From NCBI GenBank assembly GCA_029863385.1, contig JAOTVU010000003.1:65-64064 (forward strand): 64,000 nucleotides of DNA. The letters are read 5' to 3'. This document shows positions 43,007 through 52,455 of this stretch, piece after piece. The translations under genes were made by a program, and so were the position numbers. The notes under the pieces are model-generated. The model was not told the DNA's origin. It saw only the letters and a program-made list of their open reading frames with translations, and made no database searches. The DNA comes from Acidimicrobiia bacterium (lineage in GTDB: Bacteria; Actinomycetota; Acidimicrobiia; Acidimicrobiales; SZUA-35). The first letter of the stretch is position 1; each line of letters opens with the position of its first letter.

Positions 43007-43894
43007 TTCTCGATCCCGAACTCGGCCGCCGCGGCCGTCCGGGCTACCGATCGCCATGTAGGAAGCCCGCCAGTCGTTGTCCGGCCATTTCACCGGCGCC
43101 TGGACGGTCGTTCGGGGCAGGAACGCCGACTCGAACAGGTTGAGGGCCGTGTCGACGACCAGTCGCTGTGCCTCCGGGTCGCCCGGCGGTCCGCACGGGT
43201 TGCCCAGAGGCAGATCGGTGAACACGAACCGGGCGACCGCGGCCTGTTCGACGATGTCACGGGCACTGCCGACGACCACCGACGGGAATCCGGCCTGCTC
43301 GAGGTGGCGTGCGACCAAACTCACGGTTTGGTGGCAGACCGGTCACAGGGGAATCAGGATGACCAGATCGACGTCGTCCTCGTCGCACCATGCGGCGATG
43401 GTCTCGGCATCGGCTTGCGTGGATCGCTGACTGTAGGTGGTCGGAACGGAGAAGAACCGGTCGTTGAGCGACCCGAGACGGCCATCGGCGACGAACCCGG
43501 CCAGAGTCCGCAGCGGGAGAAACGACTCGACGTCGTTGGTGGTTGTTGCGGCCTTGTGCCAGAAGAGATCGTCGGTGTACATCTGCTCGGGTGGGGGGTG
43601 GGCGGCGAAGGCCCGAACCGACTTGGGCGGCCTCGAGCCGTCGTGGAACTCGACCGGAAACGTGGTCGTCACCACCGCCAGCCGGCTGGCTGCCAACGGC
43701 CGACGAGGTTTCTGAAACGGTGCCGAGTCGTTCGTCACCCAGCGGTAGGGCCTGGCGTAGCCTTTGGCGGCGTAGTAACGCCGGGATCGATCGATGTAGC
43801 TGATGGCAACGCGATGAGCCGGATCGGGGGTCCCGTCGGCCCGGGTGACGCCGTCTTCGTGCGATGAGGCGAGCGCTGCCTCGGCTTCGGTCAT
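42968..43894 (-). CDS. Selenoprotein of the glycine/betaine/sarcosine/D-proline reductase component B (PrdB/GrdB-like) family; Sec at UGA 43345-43343
   Basis: ORFs 43343..44074 and 42968..43324 share a frame and are separated by one TGA. Readthrough gives VDLVILIPL-U-PVCHQTVSLVARHLEQAGFPSV (UxxC, PrdB-type), 308 aa. Confidence 0.85.
43310..43336 (-). promoter_or_regulatory. Bacterial SECIS-like hairpin
   Basis: UGC-C-ACCAAAC-[CGUGA]-GUUUGGU-C-GCA. The apical loop begins after a 17-nt spacer from the UGA and has GU at loop positions 2-3. Confidence 0.75.
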
Positions 43895-44282
43895 GGCGAC
43901 GAGCGTAGAACACCGGACGGCGGGCACCCCAAACGTCGAGGTCGTGGACCGTCGCCGCGGTGTGATGCGGCCGTCGCGCGGGCGTAGACGGCCCTGGTGT
44001 CGGTAGTATTGGTGGGCGCGGCTGCGGCGTTGGTGAAAGGCGGTCCGCCTGTGTATCCGACAAGACTGAAACATCTGCTCACGGGGGGTTGTCCGATGGG
44101 CTCGTGCACAACGGCGGTTGTTGGTGATACAGCTGCCCTATGGGCAACGTTGGGGGTCGTGTCGGCGGCCGTTGAAGGTGCGGCGAGACGAGAGTCGGGT
44201 TGTGCGCCCTGCCCGTGTGTGTGATGGTGTCGTGGGACCCACGACGATCGCGGTGAACAAGGCTTAGATAGGAGATTCGGCT

Positions 44283-45737
44283 GTGGCCGAGACGGGAAAC
44301 GAAAATGGACCGGCGAACGACGCTCGTGGTGGGGCGTTGAGCGGACCGCCGCCATCGCCTGGTGAAGCGGACCCCGAGTGGTCGACGAGTGACTTCTCGA
44401 GCCTCGACTTGGGGGAGGACGCGGTGGACACCTCGGCCCGGCCGCTCCGTCGGCTCGACCTTCCCCCGCTGGCCCAGACGGGCGACGCCGTGGGATCGTC
44501 CCAGGCCCCCCGACCGGCCGATGCCGGCGTCTTCGCCTCGGTGCCCGACGACGAGAACCTGACGATCAGCTCGTCGGCCGCGGCTGTGGATCGCACCTCC
44601 GGGCAGCCCGTTCGTCACGACGGGCCCGGCGTCGGCGGATTCCAGCCAACGGCGTCGGCCCCCAAGCAGGGAACACCACCTCATCCCCTCAGCGCGGTGC
44701 AAGGACCGGGACCGGGCGCCCCTCCGAGCCGAGGTAACCAGGAACGGTACCGGCCCGGGATGGGAAGCGGACCGCCTCCCGGAGGCAACTACGGCGACTA
44801 CACGACCGTCTACGAGGAGAACACGAGCGCCTTCGACGACCGTTTCAGCGGCACCGATCGGCGACAGGCCGTTCCGATGGGTGGCCCCCGCCCCGTTCCG
44901 CCGGGCGGTCAGGGACCTCGTCAGGCCGGCCGCCCCCAGCTGGAGCTGGCACCGCCGCCCGTCCAGCAGGACCGAAGTCGATGGATGATCCCGGTCGCGG
45001 CACTGCTCGGTGTGCTCGCCCTGGCGGCCGGCTACTGGGTGTTCGTCCGCAACAACGACGACTCGGCCACCTTTGCCGCCGATTCGGACGACTTGGCTGC
45101 GGATCTGGTCGAGGAGGATCTGGAGGGCGACGCCGCCACCGATGCTGGGTCGACCGGATCGGCGGATCCGGCGGCTCCCACCGTGCTCTCGGATTCGCCG
45201 GTTCTGACCCTCGAGGGTGCAGCCGATGGACCGCTCGAGGTGGAGACCCAGTACGAGATGTCGATCGAGGGTGTCCCCAACGGCTCGGACTATCTCGTCG
45301 TCGTCGATGACATCCCGCAGGAACCGGCGCTCGACTATCTGCCGGTGCTCATCCTCCCGGAGGGCAGACACACCATCTCGGTGACCGTTACATCGGGTGG
45401 TCAGACGGCCAACACCAACCCGGTCGAGGTCTACGTGCTCGCACCCGGACTGACGGCGACCCATCGGGCCAACCTGTCGTCGGTGAGCATCGCCGATCAG
45501 GGATGGGCCGAGGCGCTGAAGCAGTTCGACGAGTTCCGTGCGGCCGGACACGAGAATCTGATGCTCTCGCCTTCCGACCCGTATCCGAGCCTCCTGCCCG
45601 GCTTCTGGAACATCTATGTGGCCGGATTCGGCGATCATGCGGCGGCAACGGCCTACTGCGAGCAGTTCGAGTTGTCGATCCCCGACCAGTGCTACCCGGC
45701 GCCGTTCGACCCGAACGGCCCGCCTCGAGACGGCTGA
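44283..45737 (+). CDS. Single-pass membrane protein with Pro/Gly-rich cytoplasmic N-terminus and a SPOR-like C-terminal domain
   Basis: AGGAG RBS, one central TM, and C-terminal YPSLLPGFWNIYVAGF...YC...CY. Confidence 0.6.
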   Translation: MAETGNENGPANDARGGALSGPPPSPGEADPEWSTSDFSSLDLGEDAVDTSARPLRRLDLPPLAQTGDAVGSSQAPRPADAGVFASVPDDENLTISSSAAAVDRTSGQPVRHDGPGVGGFQPTASAPKQGTPPHPLSAVQGPGPGAPPSRGNQERYRPGMGSGPPPGGNYGDYTTVYEENTSAFDDRFSGTDRRQAVPMGGPRPVPPGGQGPRQAGRPQLELAPPPVQQDRSRWMIPVAALLGVLALAAGYWVFVRNNDDSATFAADSDDLAADLVEEDLEGDAATDAGSTGSADPAAPTVLSDSPVLTLEGAADGPLEVETQYEMSIEGVPNGSDYLVVVDDIPQEPALDYLPVLILPEGRHTISVTVTSGGQTANTNPVEVYVLAPGLTATHRANLSSVSIADQGWAEALKQFDEFRAAGHENLMLSPSDPYPSLLPGFWNIYVAGFGDHAAATAYCEQFELSIPDQCYPAPFDPNGPPRDG

Positions 45738-45841
45738 TCCGCCGGGGCTGACCGAACCGAAGACCGCGGCTGCTGCGACATTCTTCGCGCCCGAGGAGGT
45801 GGGGTGGCATCGTCGACCGATGCTGGCAGACTGTCCGACCG

Positions 45842-47515
45842 ATGAGTTCCTCGACAGCGGCATCGACACTGCGTCTACGGGTGTGGCAACGAAGGGCGCT
45901 TGATGCGTTCCTTTCCTCGGGGCAACCGGATTTCCTGGCCGTGGCCACACCGGGTGCGGGGAAGACGACGTTTGCCCTGACGGCGGCACGGATGGCGATG
46001 GCCAACCTTCCGGGCCGGCTGGTCGTCGTGGCCCCCACCCGCCACCTCAAGGAGCAGTGGGCCGACGCCGCCCAGCGGTTCGGTCTCCATCTCTTCACCG
46101 ACTGGCAGCCCGGTGATCTGATACCGGCCGACGCCCACGGTGTCGTCACCACCTACCAGCAGGTCGGCAGTAGTCCGGAACCCTTCTTCGCCCTGTCCCA
46201 GGGCGGCTTTGTCGTGCTCGACGAGATCCACCACGCCGGTGAGGATCGAACCTGGGGCGACGGCGTCCGCTTGGCCTTCGATGGTGCCGCTCGTCGTCTG
46301 GCCCTGTCGGGAACTCCGTTCCGATCCGACACCAACACCATTCCCTTCGTCCGCTATGACGACGACGTCGTCGTGCCCGATATCGAGTACGGCTACGGCG
46401 ACGCCCTGGGAGACGGTCGGGTCGTGCGACCGGTGTACTTTCCGCGATTCGGCGGCTTCATGGAGTGGACCGCCCCGGACGGCTCGGTTCTGGCCGCCTC
46501 GTTCGACGACGCCCTGGCCCGAAACCACGCCAACCAGCGGCTCCGGGCCGCGCTGAGCCTGGAAGGGGAGTGGCTGCCGACCGTGGTCGGGCATGCCAAC
46601 GAGCAGCTCATGAGGATACGGGCCGGCCACCCCGAGGCCGGCGGACTGGTCATCGCAACCGACCAGGATCACGCCCGGGGCATCGCCGATCTCCTGCGTC
46701 GCCGTTACGGCCAGAAGCCGGTTGTCGCCACCAGCGAGGATTCCGACGCCTCGGCTCGCATCTCCCGATTCGCCGAGAGCACCGATCCGTGGATCGTCGC
46801 CGTGCGCATGGTGTCGGAGGGTGTCGATATCCCCCGGCTCCGGGTCGCCGTCTACGCCACGACCACCACCACCGAACTGTTCTTCCGCCAGGCCGTCGGT
46901 CGGATCGTTCGCCACATCGCCGGTCGGGGCCGCCAGCGGGCCTACATGTTCATCCCGGACGACGTCCGTCTTCGCCACTACGGTTTCACCATCGCCGACT
47001 CCCGTCGCCACAGCCTCACGAAGAACACCAGGGAATCGGACGATGACAGAACCCGCGACGCCGACACCGACCAGATGTCGCTGTTCTCGGTTCTTTCCGC
47101 CACCGCCACCGACGCCGACGCCGAACCGGACGTCCTGAGCGTCCACGACGAGCCGGGCCTCGATGACGAGCACGGGACCGACGGCGTCGACGAGCATCTC
47201 GGCCCCGAGGCACTGACGCTCGATCTCGGGCGGCTTCCACCACCGGCCGTCGCCACGGCGACGTCGTCGATCGGGTTCGGCCGATTCGACCGAAACGAAC
47301 GCGACAGACTGCGGCGGATGAACAACGACCTGACGAAGGAGCTCGTCGACCTGACCGGTCGCCCCCACGCCCAGGTCAACGCCGAACTCAACCGGCGTGC
47401 CGGTATCGGCAAGGTGTCGGAGGCGTCGATCGTCCAGCTCAACCGTCGCAGCCGGGCCGCCGAGGACTGGCTCCGACACGAGCACCGACGGTCCCGATTC
47501 GCTCGGTTCACCTGA
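45842..47515 (+). CDS. SF2 DEAD/DEAH-box helicase (actinobacterial Rv2917-like/ResIII family)
   Basis: LRVWQ, ATPGAGKT, DEIHH, LSGTPFRSD, MVSEGVDIP and QAVGRIVR. Confidence 0.9.
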   Translation: MSSSTAASTLRLRVWQRRALDAFLSSGQPDFLAVATPGAGKTTFALTAARMAMANLPGRLVVVAPTRHLKEQWADAAQRFGLHLFTDWQPGDLIPADAHGVVTTYQQVGSSPEPFFALSQGGFVVLDEIHHAGEDRTWGDGVRLAFDGAARRLALSGTPFRSDTNTIPFVRYDDDVVVPDIEYGYGDALGDGRVVRPVYFPRFGGFMEWTAPDGSVLAASFDDALARNHANQRLRAALSLEGEWLPTVVGHANEQLMRIRAGHPEAGGLVIATDQDHARGIADLLRRRYGQKPVVATSEDSDASARISRFAESTDPWIVAVRMVSEGVDIPRLRVAVYATTTTTELFFRQAVGRIVRHIAGRGRQRAYMFIPDDVRLRHYGFTIADSRRHSLTKNTRESDDDRTRDADTDQMSLFSVLSATATDADAEPDVLSVHDEPGLDDEHGTDGVDEHLGPEALTLDLGRLPPPAVATATSSIGFGRFDRNERDRLRRMNNDLTKELVDLTGRPHAQVNAELNRRAGIGKVSEASIVQLNRRSRAAEDWLRHEHRRSRFARFT

Positions 47516-47570
47516 CGCCATCCACAACCGACGATGTTGCTGGACCGACATGAATGTAGGCTGGTCTATC

Positions 47571-48632
47571 GTGGAGATGGGAAACGTGGGTTCCGATCAG
47601 CTGGCTCATGGCCGTGACGGGCTCGATGGCCTCGCCGGTCTCGATGCCATCACCGGTGAGGTTCCCACGCAGCCCCGAGCCCGTGCGTCGGTTCTTGCCG
47701 AAGACGGTCGCCGGAGTACCCGCGATCCAGCCGGCACCATCTCGATCAATCTCGAGACCAACGACGTTCCGTTCCAGCAGCCGAATCCTCGGACCGTGCC
47801 GGCCGAGCCCCCGGGTCACGACTGGCGGGCGGCCGTCGTCGATGCGGGCCGGTGGCCGATCGTTGCGCTCGGTGTCGCCGCCGTTCTCGCCGCCGTCTTC
47901 GCCGCGTTCATCTCCCGCAACGGCCAGTCGCTGAGTGGTGACGCCGACTCGGCTGCGGCGCCGGCGGCCGTCGAATCCACGTCGGGTGCTGCTCCGGCCA
48001 CCGATGCCGTAGCCGCGGGCGCAGCGCAAGCCGAGATCGACCCGGACCCTCTCGCCGCGACCGGCGAACCCGACGGGTCGTCCGGACGATCCACCGGAGG
48101 GCTCGGGCCGGCCGAAGGATCCGGGTTCTTCACCGGGCAGATCGTGGAGCCCGATCGTTCACTGACCGAATCCAACGTCGACTGGGTGCCGACGACAACG
48201 ACACCACCGACGACGGCGACGACGGTCACCACGCCGTCGACCGAGGTGCCGTCGTCGACCGAACCGTCGTCAACGACGACCGACAGCTCCGCCACCACCG
48301 TCGTCCCCGACGAGATCAAGGTCCGTGCCCTCGGTCCGGGAACGGCCGATGAGTCGAGTCCCGCCGTCGTGAGTGGTGGCCGGGTGACCCTCGAAGCGGA
48401 GGGTTCGGACAACGGCCTTCGCTACCGATTCGTGGTTTCCGTGCGCGATGACGACGGGGATTGGCGGCAGGTCGACCGAAGTGGTTGGCGGTCCCGCTCC
48501 AGCTGGACCGTGAGGACCAGGGAGTTCAGGGGCCGCACGGTCCGCTGGACGGTCACAGCGGTCGACCGTTCTGGCGAACGCACCGCCGAGAGCACTCCGC
48601 TGTACTTCCGGGTAGGCGGCGACGACGACTGA
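47571..48632 (+). CDS. Hypothetical single-pass membrane protein with Thr/Ser-rich linker and C-terminal beta-sandwich
   Basis: One TM, a PTTTTPPTT linker, and an Ig/FnIII-like C-terminus (YRFVV...WTV...WTVTAVD). Start uncertain. Confidence 0.55.
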   Translation: MEMGNVGSDQLAHGRDGLDGLAGLDAITGEVPTQPRARASVLAEDGRRSTRDPAGTISINLETNDVPFQQPNPRTVPAEPPGHDWRAAVVDAGRWPIVALGVAAVLAAVFAAFISRNGQSLSGDADSAAAPAAVESTSGAAPATDAVAAGAAQAEIDPDPLAATGEPDGSSGRSTGGLGPAEGSGFFTGQIVEPDRSLTESNVDWVPTTTTPPTTATTVTTPSTEVPSSTEPSSTTTDSSATTVVPDEIKVRALGPGTADESSPAVVSGGRVTLEAEGSDNGLRYRFVVSVRDDDGDWRQVDRSGWRSRSSWTVRTREFRGRTVRWTVTAVDRSGERTAESTPLYFRVGGDDD

Positions 48633-48681
48633 TGAGCGCCGAACGAGAGCGTCGGCCGACCGGTGTTCGAGGTTTTCGCTG

Positions 48682-49518
48682 TCAGGTACGGCCGGGTGTC
48701 TGACCGAACTTCTTCTTCTCGAAGCGACGGCGGGCCAACCAACCCATCGATGCCAATGCGGCGGCCGCCTCACGTTCGGCCTCTATCGATCGTCGAGTGG
48801 CGGCGAGTCGGGCCCGGCGTTCGTCCTCGGCCAATGTCTGCTCCCGCTCGATCCGGGCCCGCAGCTCGGCCATCTTGGCATCGGTGACCATCCTGGCCGA
48901 CCGCTCATCCCGGAGACGGTCGACCGTCTGTTGGCGTTCGTATCGCTCCTCGGCCAGCTCCCTCACCATTCGCTGCTGGCCGGCGGCCATGGCCGCCATG
49001 GCCCGTTGCGATTCGCGGGCCCGGGCTTCGGCTTCGGCCCGTTCCTCGTGCGCGCCGAGGAGCCGGTTGAGGAGGGCACCGTCGACGATCTCGGCCACCG
49101 TGATCTCCTCGGTGGACTGCTCGTAGACTCGGGCGGTCACATCGTGGCCGGGCTCGGGGCGATGCACCAGTTCCCGCCCGTCGCTCGACGTCTCGTTGCC
49201 TGGCGTGTCGATGTTCGACCTGTCGTCGGATGCCGTCCCGGCGTCGGCGGGCTCGATCACGAGCTCGGCGGCCGGTTCGACCTCGGTCACCGTGACGGAC
49301 GGACCATCCTTGGTGAGATCGACCGAGGTCACCGTCCATCCGTGGCGGTTCACCAGCTGATCGACCATGCCCGCCGGTACGACCCAGGTCGGGCCGTCCG
49401 GTGCCGCCACCTTGGCCGCCTCGGGCAGGGCGCCGGTGCGGATCATGCGCTTGAGCAGGTCAACGTCAACGCCGACCCGCCCGGACAATTCACTGAGAGT
49501 TACAACCTCGGTCGTCAT
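48682..49518 (-). CDS. HTH (MerR/excisionase-like) plus coiled-coil protein, paralog B
   Basis: GGAGG RBS, TLSELSGRVGV...KRMIRTGALPEA...TWVVP, a coiled coil, and C-terminal SMGWLARRRFEKK. Confidence 0.7.
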   Translation of the reverse strand: MTTEVVTLSELSGRVGVDVDLLKRMIRTGALPEAAKVAAPDGPTWVVPAGMVDQLVNRHGWTVTSVDLTKDGPSVTVTEVEPAAELVIEPADAGTASDDRSNIDTPGNETSSDGRELVHRPEPGHDVTARVYEQSTEEITVAEIVDGALLNRLLGAHEERAEAEARARESQRAMAAMAAGQQRMVRELAEERYERQQTVDRLRDERSARMVTDAKMAELRARIEREQTLAEDERRARLAATRRSIEAEREAAAALASMGWLARRRFEKKKFGQTPGRT

Positions 49519-49728
49519 GGAGCCTCCACGGCGGTCGAGCACGCCCCGCCCAGAGCGCTCACGTAGGCCAAAGATCGGATGTCTACGATCGACAAAATAT
49601 GGCCCACGGTCGCGCGGTGGGTGGATGGGTCCGACCTGCTTGTCGGATCAGCCCCCGAATCGCCGCTCACCCAGAGGATCCGTCGATTTTTACTTTTCGG
49701 TTACGGGGGGTGGCGCCGAACGGCCGGG

Positions 49729-50691
49729 TCAGGCGCGGTACTCGACGCCGGGCAGTACGCACAACATCTCGTAGAGGAGATTGGCCGCAAGGAGTGAGGT
49801 ACTTCCGGACAGATCGTAGGCCGGTGCCACCTCGACCAGGTCGCAACCCACGACGTCGAGACCCCGGCAGCCCCGGATGATCTCGAGTGCCTGCACCGTG
49901 GTCAGACCCCCGATCTCCGGTGTTCCCGTTCCGGGCGCGAAGGACGGATCGATGCCGTCGATGTCGAAGCTGAGGTAGACGGGTGCGTCGCCGTCGGTAC
50001 CGCCGACCTGGCTTCGAACCTCGGCCATCAGCGGTTCGAGCGACCGGTGCCAGCACTCCTCGACCTGGACCACCCGGAAACCCTGCTCCCGGGACCAGTC
50101 GAAGTCGTCGGCCGCATAGCCGGTGCCCCGCACCCCGATCTGCACGACCCGGTCGCCGTCGAGCAGTCCCTCTTCGACGGCCCGCCGGAACGGGGTGCCG
50201 TGAGCGATCTTCTCGCCGAACATGGTGTCGTTGATGTCGGTGTGGGCATCGACGTGGACCAGGCCGACCGGTCCGTGTTCGGCGGCCATCGCCCGCAGGA
50301 CGGGAAGGACGATCGTGTGGTCGCCCCCCATCGTGGCGGTGCGGACGCCGTGTTCGAGGAGACCTCGGTAGTGGTTCTCGATCCGGGTCACGGAATCGGC
50401 GAGGTTGTAGGGGTTGGTGGCCACGTCGCCGCAGTCGTCGATCCGGAGGCTGTCGAACGGAGCGGCCCTGGTGGCCATGTTGTAGGGCCGCAGCAGTACG
50501 GACTCCGAGCGGATACCCCGGGGGCCGAACCGGGCGCCGGGTCGATTCGAGGTGCCGATGTCGAACGGTACGCCGACGACGGCGACATCGAGCTCGGCGG
50601 GATTCGATGATCCGGGCAGGCGCATGAACGTGGCGATGCCACCGAAGCGGGGCATCTCGTTTCCGCCCAATGGTTGGGGATGGTCGCTCAT
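49729..50691 (-). CDS. speB: Ureohydrolase (agmatinase/guanidinobutyrase GbuA-like)
   Basis: QPLGGNEMPRFGG, GGDH, DAHTD, SFDIDGIDP and GTGTPE Mn-binding motifs. Confidence 0.9.
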   Translation of the reverse strand: MSDHPQPLGGNEMPRFGGIATFMRLPGSSNPAELDVAVVGVPFDIGTSNRPGARFGPRGIRSESVLLRPYNMATRAAPFDSLRIDDCGDVATNPYNLADSVTRIENHYRGLLEHGVRTATMGGDHTIVLPVLRAMAAEHGPVGLVHVDAHTDINDTMFGEKIAHGTPFRRAVEEGLLDGDRVVQIGVRGTGYAADDFDWSREQGFRVVQVEECWHRSLEPLMAEVRSQVGGTDGDAPVYLSFDIDGIDPSFAPGTGTPEIGGLTTVQALEIIRGCRGLDVVGCDLVEVAPAYDLSGSTSLLAANLLYEMLCVLPGVEYRA

Positions 50692-50700
50692 CGTTGTGTT

Positions 50701-51933
50701 CTAGCCTGGTGGGTCGACGATCGTGACGGTGGGAACGGCACGCAGCAGTCGGCCGCCCCAGTCGCCGATGTAATGGAGTTGACGGGAGATCTCGTCGAGC
50801 AGGTTCCACGGCAGCACCAGCACGTAGTCGGGTTTGGCCGCCTTCAGATGGTCCTCGTCGACGATCGGAACATGGCTGCCGGGGAGGAACCGGCCCTGTT
50901 TGTGTGGGTTGGCGTCGACCACGAAATCGATCTGGTCGGCGCCGACGCCGCTGTAGTTCAGCAGGGTGTTGCCTTTGGCCGCAGCCCCGTAGGCGGCGAC
51001 CGATTTGTCATCGGCTTCGGCCTTGGCCAGGAAGTCGAGCAGTCCCTGGCGGATGGCGTCGACCCGGGGTTGGAAACCCCGGTAGTACTCGGCGGTGTCA
51101 ACACCCGCCTCGGTCTCCCGGGTCAGCAGCTCGTCGACTGCGGCCGAACGCGGACGCTCGCCGGTGTCGGAGCGCTGGGCGAACACTCGCAGGCTGCCAC
51201 CGTGGGTGGGGATCTCGGCCACGTCGAACACGGTCAGGCCGTTGGCGGCAAGCACCTGCTCGACGGTGATCAGCGACAGGTAGGAGTAGTGCTCATGGTA
51301 GATGGTGTCGAAGAGGCACTCGTCGACCAGGGGAACGAGGTGCTGGAACTCGAAGGACGACACACCGTTGGGTTTCAGCAGCGTGGCGAATCCGGCGGCG
51401 AAGTCGTTGATGTCGGGCACGTGGGCCAGGACGTTGTTGGCCGCAGTGAGGTCGGCCTGGTGACCATCGGTGACCAGCCGTTCGGCCAGGGCCACCCCGA
51501 AGAACTCGTTGACGATCTCGATGCCCTTGTCCCGGGCCGCTTCCGCCGTGCTGAGCGTCGGTTCGACACCGAGGCAGGGAATACCCCGTTCCGCCACGTA
51601 CTGGAGCAGGTAACCGTCGTTGGCCGCCACCTCGACCACCTGGCTGTTCTCGTCGAGCCCGAACCGCTCCACGGCTTCATCGACATAGGCCTTGGCGTGG
51701 GTCAGCCACGAGGTGGAGTAGGAGCTGAAGTAGGCGTAGGTCGAGGCGAAGAACTCGTCGGCCTCTGCGAAGTCCTCGGTCTGGACGAGCCAGCAGTTCT
51801 CACACACCAGAACCCGCAGCGGATAGGAGTTCTCCGGCTGGTTCACATCGGTGAGGTAGGAGTTGGAGGGCGGCGACTGGTCGAGGTCGACAAAGACCAG
51901 CTCCAGCGGGGTGTGACAGTGTCGACAGTTCAT
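50701..51933 (-). CDS. SAM-dependent C-methyltransferase (NDP-hexose 3-C-methyltransferase-like)
   Basis: N-terminal CRHC...CENC Zn site, EVAANDG, FDTIYHEH, HGGSLR, YGAAAKG and LPWN. Confidence 0.88.
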   Translation of the reverse strand: MNCRHCHTPLELVFVDLDQSPPSNSYLTDVNQPENSYPLRVLVCENCWLVQTEDFAEADEFFASTYAYFSSYSTSWLTHAKAYVDEAVERFGLDENSQVVEVAANDGYLLQYVAERGIPCLGVEPTLSTAEAARDKGIEIVNEFFGVALAERLVTDGHQADLTAANNVLAHVPDINDFAAGFATLLKPNGVSSFEFQHLVPLVDECLFDTIYHEHYSYLSLITVEQVLAANGLTVFDVAEIPTHGGSLRVFAQRSDTGERPRSAAVDELLTRETEAGVDTAEYYRGFQPRVDAIRQGLLDFLAKAEADDKSVAAYGAAAKGNTLLNYSGVGADQIDFVVDANPHKQGRFLPGSHVPIVDEDHLKAAKPDYVLVLPWNLLDEISRQLHYIGDWGGRLLRAVPTVTIVDPPG

Positions 51934-51960
51934 CAGATCGTTCGCCTCACGCCGGGGTGT

Positions 51961-52455
51961 TCATCCGCCTTCCGGTTTGGAATCGTACCCAGCCGATACG
52001 AGGCTTTGCACGGCGGCCACGATGTTGGTGTAGCCGGTGCACCGGCACAGATTGCCAGACAGGCCGATGCGGATTTCCTCCTCGGATGGACGCGCGCCGC
52101 GGTCGAGCAGCGCCCGGGCCGAGATGAGCATGCCGGGCGTACAGAACCCGCACTGGACGCCCCCGGCGTCGAGGATCGCCTGTTGCAGAGGGCCGAGGTC
52201 GTCGCCGACGGCCAGGCCTTCGACCGTGGTGATCTCCCGCCCCTGGGCCTGGGCGGCCAGATAGGAGCACGAGTTCACCGGTTTACCGTCGAGCAGCATC
52301 ATGCAGGCCCCGCACTCGCAGTCGTCACAGCCCTCCTTGGTTCCGGTGAGACCAACCTGGTTGCGCACCGCATTCAGCAGGCTGAGATGGTTGGGTCCGG
52401 TCACCGGATAGTCGACACCGTTGACGGTGAGAAGGTAGGAGATCGACGTGGTCAT
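51961..52455 (-). CDS. Molybdenum hydroxylase small subunit (2x[2Fe-2S], CoxS/XdhC-like)
   Basis: GTKEGCDDCECGAC, QCGFCTPG and GNLCRCTGY. Confidence 0.95.
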   Translation of the reverse strand: MTTSISYLLTVNGVDYPVTGPNHLSLLNAVRNQVGLTGTKEGCDDCECGACMMLLDGKPVNSCSYLAAQAQGREITTVEGLAVGDDLGPLQQAILDAGGVQCGFCTPGMLISARALLDRGARPSEEEIRIGLSGNLCRCTGYTNIVAAVQSLVSAGYDSKPEGG

